DNA of 64,000 nt from Flexivirga sp. (GCF_051955415.1 NZ_JBQCGS010000071.1:688-64687); one strand, 5' to 3'. Counted from the stretch's first letter, positions 35,388 to 44,489 are shown. Numbers and translations: made by a program. Notes: generated by a model from the letters alone, not told the origin.

Positions 35388-36647
35388 TCACTCCGGCGGT
35401 GGGCCCCACACCAGCGCCAGGAACAGCTGCGCGCGCTGCGCCGGGTCGTCCAGCGCCGCACCGAAGATGTCGCGCAACTGGTCGAGGCGGTAACGGACGG
35501 TCTGCGGATGGATGTGCAGCTCGGCGGCCACGGCGCGTCGCGACCCGAAGTGCCGCAGCCAGCTGGTCAGCGTTTCCGCCAGCCGCTCGCGCGTCCCGTC
35601 GGGCAGCCGGTCCAGCGGCGCAAGCACACGGGCGCGCAACGCGGCCAGCAGCTCCGGGTTGCGGTGCACCAGCATCGTGTCGATGTGTTCGGGCACGAAG
35701 ATCATCCGGTTGGGCAGGGCGCCGGCGTCCTGCAGCCGGCGGGCGCTGCGGGCCACCCGCATACTGCGCCGGGCGTCGGTGACCGGCACCGGCGGGCCGA
35801 CGACCGCCGGCAGCTCGCCGAGTGCTCGTTGCAAACGGGGCTCGATCCCGGCCACCCAGGGCACCAGCCAGCCGACGACGTCTCCCACGTGCACCACCAG
35901 CCACTCCGGGTCCAGCCGCGGTCGCGTCGGCAGCGGCGGGTCGTCCTGGTCGCGCAGGAGCACGAAGGCGAGTTCGTCCGGCACCGCCCAGCCGGCTTGG
36001 TCGGCGGCGAGCAGCACGCCGTTGCGGTCGGGAAGGGTCGACATCAGCAGGCCGGACAGCTCACCACGGGCTCGGTGCGAGACCAGCCCACGCTCGGACT
36101 GCTCGCGCACGTAACCATCGGTCGTGCGTGCCGAGATGTCGTGGGTGAGCATGAAGAGCGTCTCGGCCAACCGGGACAGCCGGCGGATGTCCAGCCCGAC
36201 CTGCATCGCCTCGTGCGAGATGTGCGCCCACGCCACCCGGGCGCCCGCCTGGTATGCCGTCAGGATGCCGTTGAGGTCACGCCCCTGCTGGAATTGCGCC
36301 CGGCCCAGCTGATCGAACATCGCCACCAGCAACGGGTCGAGTTCGGGCGCTGTCGCCGGCAGCGTCAGCGCATCCTGGGTGACCGCGCCGATCAGCCGGG
36401 ACACGACCTGCTCGGCGGTGTCGGCGAGTTCGGTGCCGCGGTCCGCGGCGAACTCCAGGCAGGCCGGCCACAGCACTTGGAGTTCCTGGGCGACCGACAT
36501 CATGATCTGCGGGAATCCGGCCACCAGGCGTGCCTGCAGCAGACGCAGCTCGGCCGGCTGTGGCCCGGGCAGGTCAGCGACGCTCGCAGTGGTCCCCACG
36601 ATCATCAGGTCTATCACTTGGTGACAAACAACGGCAGTCAGCGCCAC
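35388..36647 (-). CDS. PucR family transcriptional regulator
   Basis: C-terminal PucR HTH: LAETLTSWLRHFGSRRAVAAELHIHPQTVRYRLDQLRDIFG. Divergent from hpnC. Confidence 0.85.
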   Translation of the reverse strand: MALTAVVCHQVIDLMIVGTTASVADLPGPQPAELRLLQARLVAGFPQIMMSVAQELQVLWPACLEFAADRGTELADTAEQVVSRLIGAVTQDALTLPATAPELDPLLVAMFDQLGRAQFQQGRDLNGILTAYQAGARVAWAHISHEAMQVGLDIRRLSRLAETLFMLTHDISARTTDGYVREQSERGLVSHRARGELSGLLMSTLPDRNGVLLAADQAGWAVPDELAFVLLRDQDDPPLPTRPRLDPEWLVVHVGDVVGWLVPWVAGIEPRLQRALGELPAVVGPPVPVTDARRSMRVARSARRLQDAGALPNRMIFVPEHIDTMLVHRNPELLAALRARVLAPLDRLPDGTRERLAETLTSWLRHFGSRRAVAAELHIHPQTVRYRLDQLRDIFGAALDDPAQRAQLFLALVWGPPPE

Positions 36648-36695
36648 ACATTTCGGTGCAGCGCTTCACGATTCACCCGGGGCAAGCTGAGACCA

Positions 36696-37556
36696 ATGCT
36701 CGACGCAACCAGCCCCTCCGGCGTCAGCACCGCTGACGCTGCGCCCAGCGCCGCGACCGAGAACTTCCCGGTTGCGTTGCGGATGCTGCCTGCTCGTCGC
36801 CGTCGGGCACTGTTGGCCGTCTACGACGTCGCACGCCACATCGACCAGCTGGGTGACGCTGCCCCGGGCAACCGCACCCAGCAGCTGCTGACGTTTCGCG
36901 CCGACCTGCAACGGTTAGTGGACGGTGGGACGCCGCAGCATCAGGTGTTGCGCGACCTCGCGCCATACGCACGCGATTGTGCCCTGCCACTGCAGGCATT
37001 CGACGACTTGATCGAGGCGAACCTGATGGACCAGGAGGTCACGCGCTACGCGGACCTGCCTGCGCTGCTCGAATACTGCGCACTGTCGGCGCACCCGATC
37101 GGCCGGCTCGTGCTGGCAGTGTTCGGCCAGTCCACGCCGGGACGTGTCGACCGCAGCGACACCGTCTGCGCGGCACTGCAGATCCTCGAACACTGTCAGG
37201 ACGTCGTCGAGGATCACCGGGCCGGACGCGTCTACCTGCCGCAGGACCAGTTGTCCGCTGCCGGGCTGACCGACACGACGATGCTCGCTCCCGACCATGC
37301 GGCCGCGCTGCGGTCCGTGGTGCTGGCGCAAGTCCTCACCTGCCGCCAAATGCTCTCTGCCGGAACGACACTCGTGGGAGAGTTGCGCGGCTGGGCCCGG
37401 ATCGCGGTCGCCGGATATGTCGCCGGAGGTCTCGCGACGGCCGATGCGCTGCAGCGCGCCGGTGGTGAGGTCACCGGTGCCCAGACGGTCCGGCCACGAC
37501 GAGCAACGTTGCTGCGGCACGGTATTCGGCTGTTGCTCACTTCGGGGAGGCGATGA
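36696..37556 (+). CDS. hpnC: Squalene synthase HpnC
   Basis: Last 286 codons of ORF 34956..37556. ENFPVALRMLP...YDVARHIDQLGD...RVYLPQD. Confidence 0.85.
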   Translation: MLDATSPSGVSTADAAPSAATENFPVALRMLPARRRRALLAVYDVARHIDQLGDAAPGNRTQQLLTFRADLQRLVDGGTPQHQVLRDLAPYARDCALPLQAFDDLIEANLMDQEVTRYADLPALLEYCALSAHPIGRLVLAVFGQSTPGRVDRSDTVCAALQILEHCQDVVEDHRAGRVYLPQDQLSAAGLTDTTMLAPDHAAALRSVVLAQVLTCRQMLSAGTTLVGELRGWARIAVAGYVAGGLATADALQRAGGEVTGAQTVRPRRATLLRHGIRLLLTSGRR

Positions 37557-37557
37557 C

Positions 37558-38436
37558 GTGACAGAGCTGACGAGGGACGCGGCGATGGCGGAGGCCGAGC
37601 AGATCACCCGCACCGAGGCGCGCAACTTCTACTACGGCATCCGGTTGTTGCCCACGCCCAAGCGGCAGGGCCTGTGCGCGCTCTACGCGCTGGCCCGCCG
37701 CATCGACGACATCGGCGACGACGACGCACCCGTGGAGACCAAACGTGCTTCGTTGGCACTGGTGCGCAAACAGCTGTCCGACATCGACGCTTCCACCGAT
37801 CCCGTCATGGCGGCGGTCGCCCAGACGGCACGCCGTTTCCCGGTGCCGCTGGAAGCCTTCGAGGAGTTGCTGGACGGCGTCGAGATGGACCTGAGCGGCG
37901 CGACCTACGAAACCTTCGAGGACCTGCGGCTCTACTGCCGATGCGTCGCCGGGTCGATCGGCCGGCTGTGCCTGTCGATCTTCGGCAACGGCACGGCCCG
38001 CACCGATCCACGGGCCCCGCTCTTCGCCGACCAGCTCGGGATCGCGTTGCAGCAGACCAACATCCTGCGTGACATCCGTGAGGACCTGCTGATCGGCCGG
38101 GTCTACCTGCCGCGCGAGGAGCTGGAGCGCTTCGGCGTCCGGCTGCAACTGGACGACACCGGCGCGCTGCACGACCCGGACGCGCGACTGGCGGCATACA
38201 TCTGCTTCGCCGCGGACCGCGCGCAGGCCTGGTACGACCTCGGGTTGCGGTTGCTGCCGCAACTGGACCACCGCAGCACCGCGTGCTGTGCGGCGATGGC
38301 CGGCATCTATCACCACCTGCTGCTGCGCATCCGCGACAACCCGACGGCCGTCTACGAACGCCGAATGTCGTTGCCGCCGCACGAGAAGGGCCGTGTCGCA
38401 CTGATGTCGCTCGTCAAGGCGGTGTTGCCGGTATGA
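37558..38436 (+). CDS. hpnD: Presqualene diphosphate synthase HpnD
   Basis: GTG 37558 with GGGGAGG 7 nt upstream. RNFYYGIRLLP...YALARRIDDIGDD...RVYLPREE. Confidence 0.85.
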   Translation: MTELTRDAAMAEAEQITRTEARNFYYGIRLLPTPKRQGLCALYALARRIDDIGDDDAPVETKRASLALVRKQLSDIDASTDPVMAAVAQTARRFPVPLEAFEELLDGVEMDLSGATYETFEDLRLYCRCVAGSIGRLCLSIFGNGTARTDPRAPLFADQLGIALQQTNILRDIREDLLIGRVYLPREELERFGVRLQLDDTGALHDPDARLAAYICFAADRAQAWYDLGLRLLPQLDHRSTACCAAMAGIYHHLLLRIRDNPTAVYERRMSLPPHEKGRVALMSLVKAVLPV

Positions 38437-40907
38437 CGCACTCCGCACTCCCTGCCGCACGCCGGGCCGTCTGTGTCATCGGCGGGGGCCTCGCCGGGAT
38501 CACCGCGGCACTGGACCTGGCCGACCGTGGCCTGGAGGTCACCCTGCTGGAGTCACGGGCCCGCCTCGGCGGCCTGACGCACTCCTTCCGCCGCGGAGAA
38601 CTGTGGGTGGACGGCGGCCAGCACGTGTTCCTGCGGTGCTGCACGTCCTACCTCGGCCTGCTCGACCGGCTCGGCGTGCGACACCTGACCTACCTGCAGG
38701 AGCGCCTCGACGTACCCATCGCCAGCGAACGATCCGCCGACCGGACCCTCCTGCGCCGCAACGACCTGCCCGCCCCGCTGCACCTGAGCGCGGCCTTGCT
38801 CCGACACCGCTGGATGCCGCTGCGGCAACGACTGGCCGTCGGTCGCGTCGCACTGGCTCTCGGCCGGCTGGACCCCGCCGACCCGCAGGTCGACGCCCAG
38901 AGCTTCGGCGGGTGGCTGCGGCAGCACGGCGCCGACGACCGGTCGATCGAGGTGCTCTGGGAGCTGATCGGCAAAGCCACGCTCAACGCCGACGCGGACC
39001 GCTGCTCACTGGCGCTGGCAGCGACCGTCTTCCAGCTCGGCATGCTCGCCGACAAGGGCGCCGCGGACATCGGATGGTCCCGTGTCCCGTTGCAGCAGTT
39101 GCACGGGGACGCCGCCGACCGCGCCCTGGCGGAGGCCGGCTGCACGGTGCGGCTACGCAGCAAGGTCAGCGCGGTGGTGCCCGGCGACACGGGCGTCCGG
39201 GTGGTCGCCCACGCGGGCGAGGAGACGTATGACGCCGTGGTGCTCGCCGTCCCGCCAGCCGCATTGGAGCGGATGATCGACCCGATCGCGCTCGGGCTGC
39301 CCGCCGACCTGGCCGACGGCCTCGGTGTCTCCCCGATCGTCAACGTGCACGTGGTGTTGGACCGGCCGGTGCTGGACACGGATTTCGTTGCCGCGGTGGA
39401 CAGTCCATTGCAATGGGTCTTCGACCGCAGCGCCGCCGCCGGGATCCAGGACCGGCGCCAGTGTCTCGCGGTCTCGGTCTCGGCCGCCGACGAACTCATC
39501 GGGATGACAGCCGCGCAACTACGGGACTGGGCACTGCCGCACCTTTGCGACCTGCTGCCGGGCATGGCCGGCGCGCAGGTGCTGGACTTCTTCGTGACGC
39601 GGGAGCCGGAGGCGACCTTCCGCGCGGCGCCGGGAAGCGCTCGGCTGCGGCCGGGCGCGGCGACCAGTCGGCCGGGTGTCGCCCTGGCCGGTGCGTGGAC
39701 CGACACCGGCTGGCCGGCCACGATGGAGGGCGCGGTCCGCAGCGGGCACGCGGCCGCCACCGTGCTCCTTGCGGGTCTGCCGGCCGATCTACCGGCCAGT
39801 CTGCCGGCCCGGTCGACCCGGCACTCGGTCGGCGGCTCGACGCCGGCGGTCCGGCGCTCGGCCGCTGATCCCGTCCCGGCACCGGCGGACCGTGACGACG
39901 GTCCACGGGTGCTGCTGCACGCGCAGGAGTTGACCCAGACGTTGGTGACTCCGGCACTGCGCAAGGCGGTGGACACCCTCGACGGGCTCGAACACCTGGT
40001 GGTCGCCTACCACCTCGGCTTCGTGGACAAGCGCGGCAACCCGGTCCGCGAGGACGGCGGCAAGAAGTTGCGCCCGATGCTGGCGCTGCTGGCGGCGCAG
40101 GCGGTCCGTGCCGACCCGGCGCAGGCGGTCAGCGGCGCGGCGGCGCTGGAGCTGCTGCACAACTTCTCGCTCGTGCACGACGACATCATGGATCGCGACC
40201 GCACCCGCCGGCATCGTGAGACGGTCTGGTCGGTCTGGGACGAAGCGACCGCGATCCTCGGCGGTGACGCGATGCACGCCCTCGCCTTCGAGACCGTGCT
40301 GGCCGACCCCGGACCACACGCCGCGGAGGCCGGACACCTGCTCGCCGCCACCACCCGCGACCTCATCCGCGGACAGATCCTCGACATGGGATTCGAGCAA
40401 CGCCACACGGTTTCACTGGGCGAATGCCGCGCCATGGCCGCTGCCAAGACCGGTGCGCTGCTGCGCTGCAGCACCGAACTGCCGGCGGTGCTGCTGGGCG
40501 CCTCCCACGACCAGCGCACGGCGCTGGCGACATACGGCCGGGCGGTCGGGGATGCCTTCCAACTGGTCGACGACCTCCTCGGGATCTGGGGAGTGCCGAG
40601 CGTCACCGGCAAGTCCAACCACTCCGACCTGCGCGCCAAGAAGCGGTCGCTGCCGGTCACCTGGGCACTGGAGCAGCCCGGACAGCGGGCACTCGCCGCG
40701 TGGGTCGACTCCGGCGAGCCGACCGACTCCGAAGTCGCCCGCATCGCAACGCAATTGGACCAGCTCGGTGCCAGACAGTGGTGCCGGGAGAGCGCCGACG
40801 CAGCCATCTGCGAAGCCGTCGACGCGCTGCACCGGGCCGATCTCGACGAGACGGCCGTCACCGGACTGACCGAGGTGGCGCACTACGTCGCCGGAAGGGA
40901 CATGTGA
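38433..40907 (+). CDS. hpnE: Fusion: HpnE (FAD-dependent hydroxysqualene dehydroxylase) + polyprenyl diphosphate synthase
   Basis: ATGA overlap with hpnD. N-terminal VCVIGGGLAGITAALDLA... to ...WPATMEGAVRSGHAAA. About 60-aa linker, then KKLRPML, LVHDDIMD and FQLVDDLLG motifs. No stop between the parts. Confidence 0.8.
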   Translation: MTHSALPAARRAVCVIGGGLAGITAALDLADRGLEVTLLESRARLGGLTHSFRRGELWVDGGQHVFLRCCTSYLGLLDRLGVRHLTYLQERLDVPIASERSADRTLLRRNDLPAPLHLSAALLRHRWMPLRQRLAVGRVALALGRLDPADPQVDAQSFGGWLRQHGADDRSIEVLWELIGKATLNADADRCSLALAATVFQLGMLADKGAADIGWSRVPLQQLHGDAADRALAEAGCTVRLRSKVSAVVPGDTGVRVVAHAGEETYDAVVLAVPPAALERMIDPIALGLPADLADGLGVSPIVNVHVVLDRPVLDTDFVAAVDSPLQWVFDRSAAAGIQDRRQCLAVSVSAADELIGMTAAQLRDWALPHLCDLLPGMAGAQVLDFFVTREPEATFRAAPGSARLRPGAATSRPGVALAGAWTDTGWPATMEGAVRSGHAAATVLLAGLPADLPASLPARSTRHSVGGSTPAVRRSAADPVPAPADRDDGPRVLLHAQELTQTLVTPALRKAVDTLDGLEHLVVAYHLGFVDKRGNPVREDGGKKLRPMLALLAAQAVRADPAQAVSGAAALELLHNFSLVHDDIMDRDRTRRHRETVWSVWDEATAILGGDAMHALAFETVLADPGPHAAEAGHLLAATTRDLIRGQILDMGFEQRHTVSLGECRAMAAAKTGALLRCSTELPAVLLGASHDQRTALATYGRAVGDAFQLVDDLLGIWGVPSVTGKSNHSDLRAKKRSLPVTWALEQPGQRALAAWVDSGEPTDSEVARIATQLDQLGARQWCRESADAAICEAVDALHRADLDETAVTGLTEVAHYVAGRDM

Positions 40908-40920
40908 GTGAGCACCCCAC

Positions 40921-40965
40921 CAAGTCTTCCCTGCTTCGCTCCTCCGATACTTCGCGAGGACCCCG
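40921..40965 (+). repeat. Dispersed repeat family, degenerate copy F
   Basis: CAAGTCTTCCCTGCTTCGCTCCTCCGATACTTCGCGAGGACCCCG aligns with part of copy E (41633-41676). Confidence 0.5.
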
Positions 40966-40966
40966 C

Positions 40967-43012
40967 ATGACGCAGGTCTCCACACGCTCATCGACCGGCA
41001 CTTCGACCGATCCCATGGCCGCCAGGGCCCGCGAGACGCTGGAGCGCGCCACCCGACGGCTGCTCGAGCTGCAGCTGCCCAGCGGCGCCTGGAAGGGCGA
41101 GCTGGAGACCAACGTCACCATGGACGCCGAAGACATGATGCTGCGTGTCTTCCTCGGCATCGACACCGCCGAGACCCGCGAGCAGACCGCCCGGTGGATC
41201 CGCAGCCGGCAGCGCGCGGACGGCACCTGGGCGACCTTCGCCGGCGGACCGGCGGACCTGTCCACCACGGTCGAGGCCTGGATCGCCTTACGGATGGCGG
41301 GCGACAAACCAGGCGCCGAGCACATGGCCGCCGCGCGTGAATTCGTCCTGTCCCAGGGCGGTCTGCAGCAGACCCGGGTGTTCACCCGGATCTGGTGCGC
41401 CCTCTTCGGCTGGTGGGACTGGGCGGACCTGCCCGCCATGCCGCCGGAGTTGATGTATCTGGGCAAACATGTCCCGCTCAACATCTACGACTGGGGCTGC
41501 TGGGCGCGCCAGACCATCGTGCCGCTGACCATCGTGTGCACCCTGCGACCGAAGCGACGGATGAAGTGGGATCTGTCGGAGATCACCTGCACGCCCACCG
41601 GCGAACCAACTGCATCTCGGTCTCGGTCTCGACACATGCTTCCCCGCTCCGCTCCGCGGAATACGTCGCGGGGCCCCGAGCCCGCTCCTCGCGACAATCG
41701 ACCGGCGAGCCTTTTCAGCGGCCTGGACAAGGCCCTGCACGCCTACCATCGGCACGCGGTCGGACCGGTCCGCCGCAACGCCCTGCGCCGGGCAGCGGAG
41801 TGGATCATCGCGCGGCAGGAGGCCGATGGCGGCTGGGGCGGCATCCAGCCGCCGTGGGTCTACTCGATCCTCGCGCTGCACGCCCTGGGCTACCCACTGG
41901 ACCATCCCGTGCTGCGCGCGGGCATCGAGGGTCTCGAGGGGTTCGTCATCACCGAGGACACCGCGGACGGTCCGGTGCGCCGGCTGGAGGCCTGCCAGTC
42001 GCCGGTCTGGGACACCGGTCTGGCGATCAACGCACTGCTCGACGCCGGTGTGGATCCTCGTGATCCGGCCTTGCGCCGCGCCGCGGACTGGCTGATGCAG
42101 GAGCAGATCACCGTGCCCGGCGACTGGACGGTGCGGCACCCCAAGCTGCCGCCCGGCGGCTGGGCCTTCGAATACGCCAACGACAACTATCCGGACACTG
42201 ACGACAGCGCCGTGATCGTCATGGGCCTGCGCCGCGTGATCACCACCCACGGTCCGTTGCACGAACAGGCGGTGTCCCGTGGCATCGCCTGGACGGCGGG
42301 CATGCAGTCCAAGGACGGAGGCTGGGGCGCCTTCGACATCGACAACACCAGCAAGTGGCCCGCGAAGCTGCCGTTCTGCGACTTCGGTGCCGTCACCGAC
42401 CCGCCGTCCGCCGACGTCACGGCCCACGTCGTGGAAATGCTTGCTGCGGTGGGCCGTTCGCGGGGTGCGCGGTGTCAGCGCGGTGTGCAGTGGCTGCTGG
42501 ACCACCAGGAGCCGGACGGGTCCTGGTTCGGCCGGTGGGGCGCCCACCACATCTACGGCACCGGGGCGGTGGTGCCCGCGCTCGTGGCAGCCGGTGTCTC
42601 CCCGGCGGCGGGACCGATCCGCTCGGCGGTCCGCTGGCTGGAGACCCACCAGAACGCCGACGGCGGCTGGGGCGAGGACCTGCGATCGTATGACGACCCG
42701 GCCTGGATCGGACGCGGTGAGTCGACGCCGTCGCAGACCGCCTGGGCGCTGATGGCCCTGGTGGCCGCCGGTGAACTCGGCGAAAGCCTCCAACGCGGCA
42801 TCGACTACCTCGCCGAAACACAACTCCCGGAAGGTGATTGGACCGAAGACCGATTCACCGGCACCGGTTTCCCCGGCGACTTCTACATCGCCTACCACCT
42901 CTACCGGCTCATCTTCCCCGTCTGGGCGCTCGGCCGCGCGGTCCGGGCCATGAGCCAGATCGATCAGGGTGACCGCCCCGATCTCGGTCTCGTCGCGAAG
43001 GTCGCGACATGA
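40967..43012 (+). CDS. shc: Squalene-hopene cyclase
   Basis: ORF 40424..43012. QW repeats, DxDD-type motif (YPDTDDSAV), GGWGA/GSWFGRWG. ATG 40967 is preceded by GAGGA. Alternative GTG 40904 overlaps the upstream stop (GTGA). Confidence 0.9.
   Translation: MTQVSTRSSTGTSTDPMAARARETLERATRRLLELQLPSGAWKGELETNVTMDAEDMMLRVFLGIDTAETREQTARWIRSRQRADGTWATFAGGPADLSTTVEAWIALRMAGDKPGAEHMAAAREFVLSQGGLQQTRVFTRIWCALFGWWDWADLPAMPPELMYLGKHVPLNIYDWGCWARQTIVPLTIVCTLRPKRRMKWDLSEITCTPTGEPTASRSRSRHMLPRSAPRNTSRGPEPAPRDNRPASLFSGLDKALHAYHRHAVGPVRRNALRRAAEWIIARQEADGGWGGIQPPWVYSILALHALGYPLDHPVLRAGIEGLEGFVITEDTADGPVRRLEACQSPVWDTGLAINALLDAGVDPRDPALRRAADWLMQEQITVPGDWTVRHPKLPPGGWAFEYANDNYPDTDDSAVIVMGLRRVITTHGPLHEQAVSRGIAWTAGMQSKDGGWGAFDIDNTSKWPAKLPFCDFGAVTDPPSADVTAHVVEMLAAVGRSRGARCQRGVQWLLDHQEPDGSWFGRWGAHHIYGTGAVVPALVAAGVSPAAGPIRSAVRWLETHQNADGGWGEDLRSYDDPAWIGRGESTPSQTAWALMALVAAGELGESLQRGIDYLAETQLPEGDWTEDRFTGTGFPGDFYIAYHLYRLIFPVWALGRAVRAMSQIDQGDRPDLGLVAKVAT
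41612..41710 (+). repeat. Dispersed repeat family, copy E (two degenerate units) inside shc
   Basis: GCATCTCGGTCTCGGTCTCGACACATGCTTCCCCGCTCCGCTCCGCGGAATACGTCGCGG...GCTCCTCGCGACAATCGACCGGCGAGC. Encodes ASRSRSRHMLPRSAPRNTSRGPEPAPRDNRPAS. Confidence 0.6.
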
Positions 43013-44487
43013 ACGCCCCACGAAGTGGCCAGCTGCTGACGCCCCTGCGGATCGAACGCCTCGCCCTCGAACGCGGAATGCGCACGGCGCCATACGTCTC
43101 CGGCCGTGGCCCGCGTGGCCGGGCACCACGGACCGACGTCCCGACGGTGCTCGCCGGCGTCGCCGGCGCACTGGCGCCGCAAGTGCGCCCGGGCGACCTG
43201 GTCGTCGCCGACCGACTACGCGCCGACGGTCGCGAGTTCGCGCTGCCGTCGGCGCCGGTCGTCGCCGGCGAGTTGCGCCGTGCCGGCCTGACCGTGCACG
43301 TCGGCACCATCGAGAGCACCGACCACGTCGTGACCGGTGACGAACGCGCCGCGCTCGCCGCAGGCGGCGGATTGGCGGTGGACACCGAGTCCGCTTTTCT
43401 GGCAGCGGAACTCGAGCCCAGGACGTTGGTGGTCGTGCGGGCGATCGTCGACACCGCGGCCGACCCGTTGGTGCATCCCGGCACGCTGCGCCGTGGTGTG
43501 ACCGCACTGCGTTCGCTGCGCCGTGCCGGGCCGGTGCTGCAGCAGTGGCTCGACGCCTGCGCCCCGCACACCGTCCTGCGCGCCGAACCCCAATCGGTCT
43601 GTGCAGGTGTCGAGCGGGCCATCGAGAACGTCGAACGCGCCCTGGCCAAGCACGGCGCACCCGTCTACGTCCGCCGGCAGATCGTGCACAACACCCACGT
43701 GGTCGCCGAGCTCGAACGCAGCGGCGCCGTCTTCGTGCAGGAGCTGGACGAGGTGCCCGAGGGCGCGACCGCAGTGCTGGCCGCGCACGGTGTCGCTCCG
43801 TCGGTGCGGGTGCAGGCCACCGAACGCCGCCTGCAGGTCATCGATGCGACCTGTCCCCTGGTCGCCAAGGTGCACCAGGAGGTGCACCGCTTCTCCACCG
43901 CGGGCCGCACCGTCTTCCTGATCGGACACGCCGAGCACGAGGAGGTGGTGGGCACCCGCGGAGAGGCGCCCGACGACGTCGTGGTGATCGAGACCGTGGC
44001 GGACGCCCGCAGTGTGCACGTGGCCGACCCGTCGCAGGTCTCCTATGTCATGCAGACCACCCTGTCGGTGGAGGAGGCGGAGGAGATCGCCGGCGTCTTG
44101 CGCGAACGATTCCCCGCGCTGCAGGGCCCGCGGCGCGACGACATCTGTTACGCCACCAGCAACCGCCAGCACGCCATCCGCGAGGTCGCCGCAGCCAGCG
44201 ACCTGGTGCTGGTCGTCGGCTCGGCCAACTCGTCCAACTCGATGCGGCTGGTCGAGGTCGCGGCGGCCCATGGGACCCCGGCGCACCTGGTGGAGGACGC
44301 CTCCGACATACGGCTGGAGTGGCTGCGCGACGTGCGCACCATCGGCGTCAGCGCGGGCGCCTCCGCCCCCGCAGCACTGGTCGAACAGCTCGTCGAAGCA
44401 CTCGCCGCCCTCGGCGAGCTGGAGATCGGCCGACGCGGCGGCATCACCGAGACCATGCAATTCACCCTGCCCAGAGAGGTCGTCTGA
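43009..44487 (+). CDS. ispH: Fusion: HpnG-like phosphorylase/nucleosidase + IspH (HMBPP reductase)
   Basis: ATGA overlap with shc. The N-terminal ~175 aa are PNP/UDP-like (VAGALAPQVRPGDLVVAD...DTESAF). The rest is IspH (SVCAGVERAI, IVHNTHVV, DATCPLVAKVH, GHAEHEEVVG, SNSMRLVEV). Confidence 0.8.
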   Translation: MNAPRSGQLLTPLRIERLALERGMRTAPYVSGRGPRGRAPRTDVPTVLAGVAGALAPQVRPGDLVVADRLRADGREFALPSAPVVAGELRRAGLTVHVGTIESTDHVVTGDERAALAAGGGLAVDTESAFLAAELEPRTLVVVRAIVDTAADPLVHPGTLRRGVTALRSLRRAGPVLQQWLDACAPHTVLRAEPQSVCAGVERAIENVERALAKHGAPVYVRRQIVHNTHVVAELERSGAVFVQELDEVPEGATAVLAAHGVAPSVRVQATERRLQVIDATCPLVAKVHQEVHRFSTAGRTVFLIGHAEHEEVVGTRGEAPDDVVVIETVADARSVHVADPSQVSYVMQTTLSVEEAEEIAGVLRERFPALQGPRRDDICYATSNRQHAIREVAAASDLVLVVGSANSSNSMRLVEVAAAHGTPAHLVEDASDIRLEWLRDVRTIGVSAGASAPAALVEQLVEALAALGELEIGRRGGITETMQFTLPREVV

Positions 44488-44489
44488 CC

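Noticed and set aside
34956-36695. Upstream 580 codons of ORF 34956..37556(+) and the similar long 5' extensions of ORFs 43545..45494, 40424..43012, 38283..40907, 41288..43660(-) and 47082..48971(+)
   Set aside because: Only the 3' portions match HpnC, HpnH, SHC and HpnE. The extensions overlap other supported genes (the PucR regulator, ispH, etc.) and are compositionally Arg/Pro/Gly-rich.
39910-40907. Annotating the polyprenyl synthase as an independent gene from the internal GTG
   Set aside because: It is in the same frame as hpnE with no stop between them. Read literally it is a fusion, so I kept it as one CDS and noted the alternative in the finding.
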